Shown: one piece after another, positions 1 through 8,100 of the stretch
Layout: each line of letters starts with the position of its first letter
How positions within the stretch are numbered: the stretch's first letter is position 1
Source of the DNA: Acutalibacteraceae bacterium
Lineage (GTDB): Bacteria; Bacillota; Clostridia; Oscillospirales; Acutalibacteraceae
NCBI GenBank assembly: GCA_045534675.1
Contig: JAZSKE010000031.1
Coordinates: 20,043-84,042 of the forward strand
Direction: 5' to 3'
Length of the DNA: 64,000 bases
The notes under the pieces: model-generated
Told to the model about the DNA's origin: nothing
Database searches by the model: none
What the model saw: the letters and a program-made list of their open reading frames with translations, nothing else
Translations under genes and position numbers: made by a program

Positions 1-279
1 ATATTCGAGAACCGATTTAAGCATATTCCCGAATTGCAGAGGATGGGTGCTAAAATCAAAACCGAAGGCAGAATTGCAATTATTGACGGTACCGAGAGGC
101 TCTACGGTGCAAGGGTCATCTGTCCTGACCTCAGAGGAGGTGCGGCACTGGTTGTTGCAGGGCTTTGTGCTTCGGGTATAACAGAGGTTGAACAGATTAA
201 TCACATCGACAGAGGCTATGAGTCTATAGAAAACTCTTTCACCTCACTCGGTGCGGATATAAAAAGAATTAACTTGTAA
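1..279 (+). CDS. murA: UDP-N-acetylglucosamine 1-carboxyvinyltransferase, C-terminal fragment (gene begins upstream of window)
   Basis: Frame 1 is open from base 1. The translation [19 protein letters not shown]...[13 protein letters not shown]...[10 protein letters not shown] matches the conserved MurA C-terminus. Confidence 0.8.
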   Translation: MFENRFKHIPELQRMGAKIKTEGRIAIIDGTERLYGARVICPDLRGGAALVVAGLCASGITEVEQINHIDRGYESIENSFTSLGADIKRINL

Positions 280-306
280 ATTAACTGAAATTGTGATATA
301 AATCAA

Positions 307-330
307 GGGCGACCAACGTCGCCCGAATTT
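307..330 (+). terminator. Weak hairpin after murA
   Basis: GGGCGAC-caac-GTCGCCC stem followed by a poor U-tract (gaatttg). Confidence 0.35.
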
Positions 331-353
331 GCGTAGAAAGGCAGGTGTAAAAG

Positions 354-1625
354 TTGAGCGGATTTAAAAACGATGCTTTCTCAGCATATTCATCATCAAA
401 TATGCAGCCGAGAAACATAACCTCAGATATGTGGACCCCGATTACTACAAGCGGTAATTACTATACTGCTTATGCCGCCACGGAAAAACAGCGATCGGCT
501 GAAACAAAACAAGTTCCCCCTCAGAGAACACAGACGGTAGAACCCGAAGAGAAGAAAAGTGTATCCCAAACGAACAAAAAAGCTCAGCAGAAGACCGCGC
601 CGGCTAAAAAGAAGGTTAAGTCAAAAAAATCAGACAGTGGTCAGAATGAAAGAATAAGTGAAGCGATACCGTCAGATAATATCCGTAAAAAGAAAAGCAC
701 GAAAACTTCTTCTTCTTCTTCTGCTAATGCAAAGAAAAATAAGGGGATAAAAAAAGCGGAAGACCGCACTGTGCGTTCTGTTGCAAAACAGCGCGAAAAA
801 ACAAACAAAGCCTTCCTCAGACTTGTCAGAAACGGCAAAAGTGTTGATGAGGCCAGAATAATTATCACCAAACGAAAGCTGAGAAAAAGAAAACTGGGCA
901 TGCTTTGCAGCGTTTTGTTTCTTTTCTTTTTTGCTACGCTGTTTCTTGTTTCATACACATACTGTGAGGGTGCTGAAATTTCAAATATCCTTATTGACGG
1001 AGATGCGGTTTATACCAACGATGAAATTCTTACGGCAGCAAATATCAGTGAAGGTATGAATATGCTCACGATAAGAGAAAAAGAACTCAACGATAAAGTT
1101 ACAACAGCTTTGCCGTTTATTTCGGTGGTTGGTCTTGAATACAATCTTCCCGATACATTGAAGCTTAACATTACCTCGACCAATGAAAGACTGATTATAA
1201 AAAGCGGCAGTAAATATATCTGTATCGATAAAACCGGTAAAGTAGTTTCTGAAAAGAAGAAAAAGCTCCAAAAGGGACAGTACCTTGTTATAGGTCTTGA
1301 GGAGCAGGAATATACTGTAGGTCAAATGTTTGCAGCTTCAGAAAAAAACAAGATAAAATACGATATTGCCCACAGTGTAGCTTTTGCGGCTGATGGAAAT
1401 GAAATCATCAATACAGGCACCATAGATGTTTCAAATGTTAAAGACATTACCCTGACATATAAATCACGCCTGAGAGTATACCTTGGTTCTGATGATAATC
1501 TTCAGTCAAAGCTAACAAAAGCAGAGAGTGTTATGATTGATAACAAAGCTCAGAATAAAACAGGCTATATCAATGCAAAATATGATGTGGCAGCATATTT
1601 TATGCAGGGCAGTATGCAGGCATAA
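354..1625 (+). CDS. FtsQ/DivIB-like cell division protein with long Lys/Ser-rich N-terminal region
   Basis: TTG start. Single TM segment LGMLCSVLFLFFFATLFLVSYTY followed by a POTRA-like region (ISNILIDGDAVYTNDEILTAANI). Lies between murA and ftsZ, as in dcw clusters. Confidence 0.6.
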   Translation: MSGFKNDAFSAYSSSNMQPRNITSDMWTPITTSGNYYTAYAATEKQRSAETKQVPPQRTQTVEPEEKKSVSQTNKKAQQKTAPAKKKVKSKKSDSGQNERISEAIPSDNIRKKKSTKTSSSSSANAKKNKGIKKAEDRTVRSVAKQREKTNKAFLRLVRNGKSVDEARIIITKRKLRKRKLGMLCSVLFLFFFATLFLVSYTYCEGAEISNILIDGDAVYTNDEILTAANISEGMNMLTIREKELNDKVTTALPFISVVGLEYNLPDTLKLNITSTNERLIIKSGSKYICIDKTGKVVSEKKKKLQKGQYLVIGLEEQEYTVGQMFAASEKNKIKYDIAHSVAFAADGNEIINTGTIDVSNVKDITLTYKSRLRVYLGSDDNLQSKLTKAESVMIDNKAQNKTGYINAKYDVAAYFMQGSMQA

Positions 1626-1814
1626 GATTACTTCTTTACAAAAAATTATTAAATCTTATTGCTTTTCTTATTGTATTTTTGAAAAGTTCGTGCTATAATA
1701 ACTTGAATAGTAAGTTATTATCTTTAATTATGCCTATTAATATTCTATTATGGCAGATAAAGATATAACGTTATTTGAATATTAAGTATTTTCACAATAT
1801 TAGGAGGAAGTAAA

Positions 1815-3194
1815 ATGGGCTTCATAATGGACAATGAAAACATTTCCTACAACCAGATAAGAGTTGTCGGTGTAGGTGGCGGCGGCGGTAATGCCATTAA
1901 CTCAATGGTTGAGTCAGGTATCGTTGGCGTTGAATTCCTTTCAATCAACACTGACAGACAGATTTTGGAAAACTCCAAGGCTACTCATAAAATCCAGATC
2001 GGTGAAAAGGTTACAGGTTGCATGGGTGCAGGCGGTGATCCCGCAGTTGGTAAGAAAGCTGCAGAAGAAAGCCGTGATGTAATTGCCGATGCTCTCAGAG
2101 GTGCAGACATGGTCTTCATCACTGCCGGTATGGGTGGCGGTACAGGTACAGGCGCAGCTCCCGTTGTTGCAGAGGTTGCAAGAGAACTGGGCGCCCTTAC
2201 TGTAGGTATCGTAACAAAGCCCTTCAAGTTTGAAGGCAGAAAAAGAATGGATCAGGCTGAAGACGGTATCAGAGATCTGGAAAAGTATGTTGACTCTCTT
2301 ATTGTCATCCCCAACGAAAGACTCAAGCTCCTGGGCGATAAGTCACTCAGTGTTAAGGATGCTTTTTCCAAGGCTAATGATGTGCTTTGGCAGGGCGTTA
2401 AGAGTATTTCAGATACAATCAAGGTTCCCGGTTATATCAACCTTGACTTTGCTGATATCAAGAGCGTAATGAAGGATGCCGGCAGAGCTCATATGGGCAT
2501 CGGTCGCGGCAGAGGCGCTGACTGCGCAGCAGAAGCAACAAAGCAGGCTATCACAAGCCCCCTTCTCGAAACAGCTATCGACGGCGCAAGCGGCGTAATC
2601 ATCAACGTAACATGCTCAAGCGATATGTCACTTGATATGATCGAGCAGGCAGGTTCACTTATCTCCGATGCATCACATCCCGATGCAAACATCATCTTCG
2701 GTTCAGTATTTGACGAGGATATGGGCGACGAAATGCTTATCACCGTTATCGCTACAGGCTTCGGCGGCACTGCTGCTAAAGCTCCGGACGAAGCAGTTTC
2801 AGCTCCCGCACACACAGCTCAGGCAGTTCCCGAATTTATCAGCCAGGCTGTTCCCACATCAGACACAATTTTCGGCACAATGAGCAAGGAAGCAGTTGAC
2901 TTTGCATCAACAAAGTTCGGTCAGTCATTTGTTTCTATTTTTGAACAGGCTGCAGCCGCTGCTAACGGCAAAGCTCCCGTAGCTCCCTCATTCCCCGAAA
3001 TGCCTCTTGATCCTGTACCCGCTGCAGCTCCCGTACAGGCTGCAGAAACTACCCCGGCACCTGCAGCAACACAGGCGTTTGATGTTATCGAAACTCCTCC
3101 CAAGAAGTCAGGCTCAATCTTTGATGATCCCGACGAAGAGGAAAGCGATGTTCTTCCCGTATTCAAGGGCAGAAACATTTTCGGCAATAACTAA
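1815..3194 (+). CDS. ftsZ: Cell division GTPase FtsZ
   Basis: AGGAGG RBS 7 nt upstream. Contains [13 protein letters not shown] and the [11 protein letters not shown] tubulin signature, a long Ala/Pro linker and a conserved C-terminal peptide. Confidence 0.97.
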   Translation: MGFIMDNENISYNQIRVVGVGGGGGNAINSMVESGIVGVEFLSINTDRQILENSKATHKIQIGEKVTGCMGAGGDPAVGKKAAEESRDVIADALRGADMVFITAGMGGGTGTGAAPVVAEVARELGALTVGIVTKPFKFEGRKRMDQAEDGIRDLEKYVDSLIVIPNERLKLLGDKSLSVKDAFSKANDVLWQGVKSISDTIKVPGYINLDFADIKSVMKDAGRAHMGIGRGRGADCAAEATKQAITSPLLETAIDGASGVIINVTCSSDMSLDMIEQAGSLISDASHPDANIIFGSVFDEDMGDEMLITVIATGFGGTAAKAPDEAVSAPAHTAQAVPEFISQAVPTSDTIFGTMSKEAVDFASTKFGQSFVSIFEQAAAAANGKAPVAPSFPEMPLDPVPAAAPVQAAETTPAPAATQAFDVIETPPKKSGSIFDDPDEEESDVLPVFKGRNIFGNN

Positions 3195-3200
3195 AATAAT

Positions 3201-3228
3201 AAGCGGTTACATATGTGACCGCTTTTAT
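3201..3228 (+). terminator. Intrinsic terminator after ftsZ
   Basis: AAGCGGT...ACCGCTT stem followed by TTTATAA. Confidence 0.55.
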
Positions 3229-3250
3229 AATGTAATAAGGAGTTAAACTT

Positions 3251-3751
3251 ATGTCAAAAGTAAAAGTAACAATGGAAAATCACGGTGAGTTCACAATTGA
3301 GCTTTATCCCGAATTTGCACCCAAAACCGTAGCTAACTTCCTTAAGCTTGCTGGTGAGGGCTTCTACAACGGCACAATCTTCCACAGAGTTGTTGATAAC
3401 TTCATGGCTCAGGGCGGCGATCCTGAGGGTACCGGAATGGGTGGCAGTGACGAAAACATCTATGGTGAGTTTGCAGCTAACGGCTTCACACAGAATACTC
3501 TTTCACACACAAGAGGCGTAATTTCTATGGCAAGGTCCATGAACCCCAACTCTGCCTCAAGTCAGTTCTTTATTTGTTACAGCGATGACTGCACTTTCCT
3601 TGACGGCAACTATGCAGCTTTCGGCAAGGTAATCGAAGGCATGGAAAGCGTTGACAGCTTCCTTGACGAATACAGAACATACAACAGTATGGGAGAGAAG
3701 GCTTCACCTGTATCACCTATCACAATCAAAGAAATGACAGTTATCGACTGA
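3251..3751 (+). CDS. ppiB: Cyclophilin-type peptidyl-prolyl cis-trans isomerase
   Basis: FHRVVDNFMAQGGDPEGTGMGG and SQFFI motifs typical of cyclophilins. Confidence 0.9.
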   Translation: MSKVKVTMENHGEFTIELYPEFAPKTVANFLKLAGEGFYNGTIFHRVVDNFMAQGGDPEGTGMGGSDENIYGEFAANGFTQNTLSHTRGVISMARSMNPNSASSQFFICYSDDCTFLDGNYAAFGKVIEGMESVDSFLDEYRTYNSMGEKASPVSPITIKEMTVID

Positions 3752-3869
3752 TATCACTTTTTTTATACTGCAAAACTTTGCTATATAATATTGTATAGAC
3801 TTTTTGTTTAAAGAGACGAAAAAACATAAAAAATTTCGTTATTTTAGCCGAAAAAATTTTAAAAAGCCC

Positions 3870-3898
3870 TTGACGATAGAGGTTTTGTGTGATAGAAT
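3870..3898 (+). promoter_or_regulatory. Sigma-A type promoter for rpmG-secE-nusG
   Basis: TTGACG, 17-nt spacer, TGaTAGAAT (extended -10). Confidence 0.5.
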
Positions 3899-4017
3899 AG
3901 CACTACCTCTGAAGAGGGCTTTATTTTTGTGTCCGAATAAGAGGGAGGCCTTAAAGTCTGGAAAGAGAAGTTGTAACTTTTTCCGGATTAAAATTTCCGA
4001 TAATGGAGGTGCCGTTC

Positions 4018-4167
4018 ATGAGAGTAAAGATTACTTTATCTTGCACAGAGTGCAAACAGCGCAATTACAACACAATGAAAAACAAAAAGAACAATCCTGA
4101 CAGGTTGGAGATGAACAAGTATTGCAGATTCTGCAAGAAGCACACTCTCCACAAAGAAACAAAATAA
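4018..4167 (+). CDS. rpmG: 50S ribosomal protein L33 (49 codons, below the ORF-track length cutoff)
   Basis: Read by hand: [49 protein letters not shown]. It has a GGAGGTG RBS, a Cys-x-x-Cys pair pattern, and the canonical position before secE-nusG. Confidence 0.9.
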   Translation: MRVKITLSCTECKQRNYNTMKNKKNNPDRLEMNKYCRFCKKHTLHKETK

Positions 4168-4185
4168 GAGCGGGAGGTAAGAGAA

Positions 4186-4668
4186 ATGGCTGACAAGGAA
4201 AAGAAAGTCACCCAGGATTCAAAGGTTGATAAGGCCACAACCGATGAAAGTAAGGCTGCTGCTAAGGTAGCTAAGGCTGCAAAGGGTAACAAGAAATCAG
4301 ACAAGCCAAACTTCTTCGCCCGTGCAGGTAAGACCACAAAGAAATTCTTCAAGGACTTCAAGGGTGAAGCTAAGAAGATTGTGTGGCCCGATGCAAAAAC
4401 TGTCTTAAAGAACACCGGTATCGTACTTATCGTTGTAACAATTGTTACACTCATCGTTCTTGCTATTGACTCAGGTCTTTCAGCAGGCGTTAAGGGTCTC
4501 AAGAACCTTGCACTCGGTGAGGAGACAACTGTTGAAACCACAACAGATGCTCACGATCACGATCACGATGAAGACGAAGCTGAGGAAACAACCAAGGCTA
4601 AGGATGACAGTGAAGAAGTTACCACAGCTGCAAATGCTGAGGAAACAACAGCTGACGCTGAAGAATAA
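4186..4668 (+). CDS. secE: Preprotein translocase subunit SecE with Lys-rich N-terminal and acidic/His-rich C-terminal extensions
   Basis: Core FFKDFKGEAKKIVWPDAKTVLKNTGIVLIVVTIVTLIVLAIDSG matches the SecE TM/hinge. Lies between rpmG and nusG. Confidence 0.85.
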   Translation: MADKEKKVTQDSKVDKATTDESKAAAKVAKAAKGNKKSDKPNFFARAGKTTKKFFKDFKGEAKKIVWPDAKTVLKNTGIVLIVVTIVTLIVLAIDSGLSAGVKGLKNLALGEETTVETTTDAHDHDHDEDEAEETTKAKDDSEEVTTAANAEETTADAEE

Positions 4669-4692
4669 TCAGTTGTAACAGGAGGTGTAACA

Positions 4693-5262
4693 ATGGCAGA
4701 AAACGCCAGATGGTTTGTAGTACACACCTACTCAGGCTACGAAAACAAAGTAGCATCAAACATCACTACGGTTGTTGAAAACCGCAAGATGCAGGATCAG
4801 ATTTTCGAAGTGAGAATCCCCACCGAAACAGTAACAGAAATTAAGGATGACAAGGTACGCGAAGTTGAGCGTAAGCTTTTCCCCGGTTATGTTATGGTTA
4901 AGGTTGCTTGCATTTATAAGAAAAAGAGTGAGTTTGAAGACGAAGAGCTTTCAATGACAGATGAAGCATGGTACGTTATCCGTAACACAAGAGGCGTAAC
5001 AGGTTTTGTAGGTCCCGGAAGCAAACCCGTTCCTCTTTCAGATGAAGAAGTTATTAGACTCGGCATCGAAAAGAGAAGTGTCGAAGTCAACTACAAGGTA
5101 GGCGATTTCGTCAACATTTTAAGCGGCCCCTTCGACGGCTACAACGGTGTTATAGACAGCATCGACCTTGAAAAGGAAGCAGTCGTTGTAATGATTTCAA
5201 TGCTCGGCAGAGAAACACCTGTTGAGCTTGGTCTCAATCAGATAGAGGTTGCAGAGTATTAA
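4693..5262 (+). CDS. nusG: Transcription termination/antitermination factor NusG
   Basis: WFVVHTYSGYENKV N-terminal NGN motif and a C-terminal KOW (GDFVNILSGPFDGYNGVI). Conserved synteny. Confidence 0.95.
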   Translation: MAENARWFVVHTYSGYENKVASNITTVVENRKMQDQIFEVRIPTETVTEIKDDKVREVERKLFPGYVMVKVACIYKKKSEFEDEELSMTDEAWYVIRNTRGVTGFVGPGSKPVPLSDEEVIRLGIEKRSVEVNYKVGDFVNILSGPFDGYNGVIDSIDLEKEAVVVMISMLGRETPVELGLNQIEVAEY

Positions 5263-5300
5263 TTCAGATAATTTACGGTTTGAACCGCCGTTTATTATTG

Positions 5301-5350
5301 AGGGAGCGTGGCTCCCCAGTGGGAGATTTGTAAATTTAAGACAAATCGCT
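5301..5350 (+). promoter_or_regulatory. Candidate L1-binding leader structure upstream of rplK-rplA
   Basis: Two adjacent hairpins, GGGAGC-gtg-GCTCCC and GATTTGT-aaatttaag-ACAAATC, with GGGAG and AAGAC elements reminiscent of L1 sites. Recognised by position only. Confidence 0.3.
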
Positions 5351-5378
5351 CAACCACAAAATTTGGAGGTGCAAAATA

Positions 5379-5804
5379 ATGGCTCAAAAAGTTGTAGGTT
5401 TAATCAAGCTCCAGATTCCTGCAGGTAAAGCTACTCCCGCACCGCCTGTTGGTCCGGCTCTCGGTCAGCACGGTGTTAACATCATGGCTTTCACAAAGGA
5501 ATTTAACGAGCGTACAAAGAATGACATCGGTCTTATTATTCCTGTTGTAATCACAGTTTACGCAGACCGCACATTCTCATTCGTAACAAAGACACCGCCC
5601 GCAGCAGTTCTTATCAAAAAGGCTTGCGGCATCGAAAGCGGTTCAGGTGTACCCAACAGAACTAAGGTAGCAACTATTACCAAAGAACAGGTAATCAAGA
5701 TTGCTGAGCAGAAAATGCCTGACCTTAACGCAGCTTCAGTTGAAGCAGCTGCTAGCATGATTGCAGGTACAGCTCGCTCAATGGGCATCGTAGTCGCTGA
5801 CTAA
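5379..5804 (+). CDS. rplK: 50S ribosomal protein L11
   Basis: [27 protein letters not shown] signature. Confidence 0.97.
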   Translation: MAQKVVGLIKLQIPAGKATPAPPVGPALGQHGVNIMAFTKEFNERTKNDIGLIIPVVITVYADRTFSFVTKTPPAAVLIKKACGIESGSGVPNRTKVATITKEQVIKIAEQKMPDLNAASVEAAASMIAGTARSMGIVVAD

Positions 5805-5860
5805 TGCCCGGGTGGGAGGAAAAATCCGATTTAACCACTCTATAGGAGGATGAAAGACAA

Positions 5861-6571
5861 ATGAAACATGGTAAGAAATATGTCGAAGGCGCAAAGCTTG
5901 TAGACAAATCAAATCTTTATGATCCTGCAGAAGCTCTTGATCTTGCTATCAAGACTGCTACTGCAAAGTTCGACGAAACAGTTGAAGCACACATCCGTCT
6001 TGGTGTTGACTCACGTCATGCTGACCAGCAGGTTCGTGGCGCAGTTGTTCTTCCCAACGGTACAGGTAAGACTGTTCGTGTTGCTGTATTCGCTAAGGGC
6101 GATGAAGCAAAGGCAGCTGAGGCTGCAGGCGCAGAAGTAGTAGGCGCTGAAGACCTCGTTGCAAAGATCCAGGGCGAAGGCTGGATGGAATTTGATGTTG
6201 CTATCGCACATCCCAGCATGATGGGCCTTGTAGGTCGTCTCGGTAAGGTTCTTGGTCCCCGTGGCCTTATGCCTTCACCCAAGGCAGGTACTGTTACTCC
6301 CAACGTAGCTCAGGCTGTTACTGAAGCTAAGGCAGGTAAGATTGAGTACCGTCTTGACAAAACAAACATTATCCATTGCCCCATCGGTAAGGCATCCTTC
6401 GGCACAGAGAAGCTTCTTGAAAACTTCACAACACTTCTCGATGCTGTTATCAAGGCAAAGCCCGCCGCTGCAAAGGGTCAGTACATCCGTTCATGCGTAG
6501 TTTCAGCTACAATGGGCCCCGGTGTAAAAATCAACCCCAACAAGGTTGGTTCAGCAGCTGCTGCTGAATAA
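5861..6571 (+). CDS. rplA: 50S ribosomal protein L1
   Basis: Conserved L1 sequence ([24 protein letters not shown]). Confidence 0.97.
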   Translation: MKHGKKYVEGAKLVDKSNLYDPAEALDLAIKTATAKFDETVEAHIRLGVDSRHADQQVRGAVVLPNGTGKTVRVAVFAKGDEAKAAEAAGAEVVGAEDLVAKIQGEGWMEFDVAIAHPSMMGLVGRLGKVLGPRGLMPSPKAGTVTPNVAQAVTEAKAGKIEYRLDKTNIIHCPIGKASFGTEKLLENFTTLLDAVIKAKPAAAKGQYIRSCVVSATMGPGVKINPNKVGSAAAAE

Positions 6572-6586
6572 TTTTTGAAATAATAC

Positions 6587-6615
6587 TTGACAAGCAATTG
6601 TCTTTGTGTTATTAT
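6587..6615 (+). promoter_or_regulatory. Sigma-A promoter for rplJ-rplL
   Basis: TTGACA, 17-nt spacer, TATTAT. Confidence 0.55.
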
Positions 6616-6619
6616 ATCT

Positions 6620-6765
6620 AAGCTGTCCAGCCCTAAGACAGCAGGTGTCAGACTTAAAGGTTAGTTTTTAACCGCCTGCCGAGGAACGGAGCATATTTAA
6701 ATTGACTTGATTTAACTATGTTACCCTTTCTCTCGGTATCTTGAGAGAAAGGGTTTTCTCATTTC
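6620..6765 (+). promoter_or_regulatory. Ribosomal protein L10 leader with terminator/attenuator hairpin
   Basis: ~190-nt untranslated leader before rplJ. It ends in a perfect hairpin, CCCTTTCTCTC-ggtatctt-GAGAGAAAGGG, followed by TTTTCTC (6724-6760). Position and architecture fit the Firmicute L10 leader. Confidence 0.6.
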
Positions 6766-6812
6766 TAACACCAAGGGTAAAAGGTTAAAATTATTACAGG
6801 AGGTGAATTCAT

Positions 6813-7382
6813 TTGCCAAGCGCTAAAGTTTTAGAAGCAAAGAAGCAGGTAGTTGCTGATCTTACCGAAAGACTTAACAATTCATGCGCAGGTGTTATCG
6901 TTGACTACAAGGGTATCAATGTTGCTGACGACACAGCTCTTCGTAAGGAGCTTCGTGAAGCAGGTGTTGAATACACAGTTGTTAAAAACACACTTCTCCG
7001 TCTTGCAATTGCAGGCACAGAGCTCGCAGGTCTTGAAGCAGTTCTCGATGGTACAACAGCTATCGCTACAAGTGCAGATGATTACGTTGCTGCAGCACGT
7101 ATCCTTAACAAGTTTGCAGAAGCACACAAGAATTTCGAAATCAAGAACGGTTTCATCGACAAGGAAGTTATCGGCGTAGAAAAGATCTCAGGTCTTGCTA
7201 AGCTTCCCTCAAGAGAAATCCTTCTTGCAAACGTACTCGGTGCATTCCAGGCACCTATCGCTGCCTTCGCTCGTGCTATTCAGGCTATTGTTGACAAGAG
7301 TGGCGAAGAAGTTCCCGCTGAAGCAGAAGCAGAAGCTCCCGCAGAGGCACCCGCAGAAGCAGAAGCACCTGCTGAAGCATAA
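6813..7382 (+). CDS. rplJ: 50S ribosomal protein L10 with C-terminal EAPA-type repeat tail
   Basis: TTG start after GGAGGTG. Conserved L10 core. The tail is EAEAEAPAEAPAEAEAPAEA. Confidence 0.95.
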   Translation: MPSAKVLEAKKQVVADLTERLNNSCAGVIVDYKGINVADDTALRKELREAGVEYTVVKNTLLRLAIAGTELAGLEAVLDGTTAIATSADDYVAAARILNKFAEAHKNFEIKNGFIDKEVIGVEKISGLAKLPSREILLANVLGAFQAPIAAFARAIQAIVDKSGEEVPAEAEAEAPAEAPAEAEAPAEA

Positions 7383-7422
7383 TCAAATTTATATTTATTA
7401 GATTTTTTGGAGGTAAAATACC

Positions 7423-7800
7423 ATGGCATCAGAAAAAATTACTGCTATCATTGAAGAACTTAAGACTCTTACAGTTCTTGAACTCTCAGAACTCGTACAC
7501 GCTGTAGAAGACGAATTCGGCGTATCAGCTGCTGCTGCAGTTGCAGTTGCAGGTCCCGTAGTAGCTGAAGCAGCTGCTGCAGAAGAAAAGACAGAATTTG
7601 ACCTTGAACTCACAGAAGTTGGCGGCAACAAGATTGCTGTTATCAAGGTTGTTCGTGAAATCACAGGTCTTGGCCTCAAGGAAGCTAAGGAAGCTGTTGA
7701 CGGCGCTCCCAAAGTTATCAAGGAAGCTATGTCAAAGGACGACGGCGAAGCTGCTGTTAAGAAGTTCGAAGAAGCAGGCGCTAAGGCTACACTTAAATAA
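7423..7800 (+). CDS. rplL: 50S ribosomal protein L7/L12
   Basis: N-terminal dimerisation helix, Ala-rich hinge, and C-terminal [22 protein letters not shown]. Confidence 0.97.
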   Translation: MASEKITAIIEELKTLTVLELSELVHAVEDEFGVSAAAAVAVAGPVVAEAAAAEEKTEFDLELTEVGGNKIAVIKVVREITGLGLKEAKEAVDGAPKVIKEAMSKDDGEAAVKKFEEAGAKATLK

Positions 7801-7820
7801 TTTAACCTTTTGTAATGAAG

Positions 7821-7851
7821 AAAGACCGACCGCAAGGTTGGTCTTTTTTTG
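7821..7851 (+). terminator. Intrinsic terminator after rplL
   Basis: AGACCGACC-gcaa-GGTTGGTCT (one G-U pair, valid only on the + strand) followed by T7. Confidence 0.85.
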
Positions 7852-7880
7852 GTGTACGCGGGGAAGTGAGTGCAAAAGGT

Positions 7881-7970
7881 GAGGGGCGGCTCCATACCCG
7901 AATTTCATTCGGGTCGGCAACGAATAGCCGTTAAATCGCAAAGCGATTTAAATGGAGCCGCCGCCCCGCC
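7881..7970 (+). repeat. Cloverleaf-like structured intergenic element, copy 1
   Basis: GGCGGCTCC...GGAGCCGCC closing stem around three hairpins. The first 34 nt are identical to copy 2. Confidence 0.8.
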
Positions 7971-8029
7971 AAATATCACCGCACTCTGCAACACGTACCA
8001 ACACCGTCACTATTTAATTGTGATTTTAC

Positions 8030-8058
8030 TTGACACAATGAGCAAGATGTTATAAAAT
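8030..8058 (+). promoter_or_regulatory. Sigma-A promoter for the GH36 gene
   Basis: TTGACA, 17-nt spacer, TAAAAT. Confidence 0.5.
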
Positions 8059-8100
8059 AATATCTGTATATACTATAATGTATAAAAAGGAGAAAATGCT

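Noticed and set aside
3804-4100. 98-codon ORF upstream of secE
   Set aside because: It runs through the rpmG promoter and overlaps the hand-identified rpmG gene (4018-4167) in another frame. Its composition is Lys/Phe-rich, typical of AT-rich non-coding sequence.
7398-7895. Long antisense and alternate-frame ORFs inside highly expressed genes (for example 7398-7895 -, 1985-2227 -, 2489-2815 -, 6016-6303 -, 28406-28921 -, 39560-40120 -, 22553-23086 -)
   Set aside because: All lie fully within well-supported genes on the opposite strand or in another frame. They have Ala/Ser/Pro-rich or Cys/Phe-rich shadow composition and no RBS.
7870-8055. ORFs at 7870-8055 (+), 16181-16396 (+) and 16161-16403 (-), which share the peptide GGSIPEFHSGR
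   Set aside because: The shared peptide is just the translated repeat element (GGCGGCTCCATACCCGAATTTCATTCGGG). There is no RBS, and the ORFs span terminators and promoters. They are artefacts of the structured repeat, not a small protein family.
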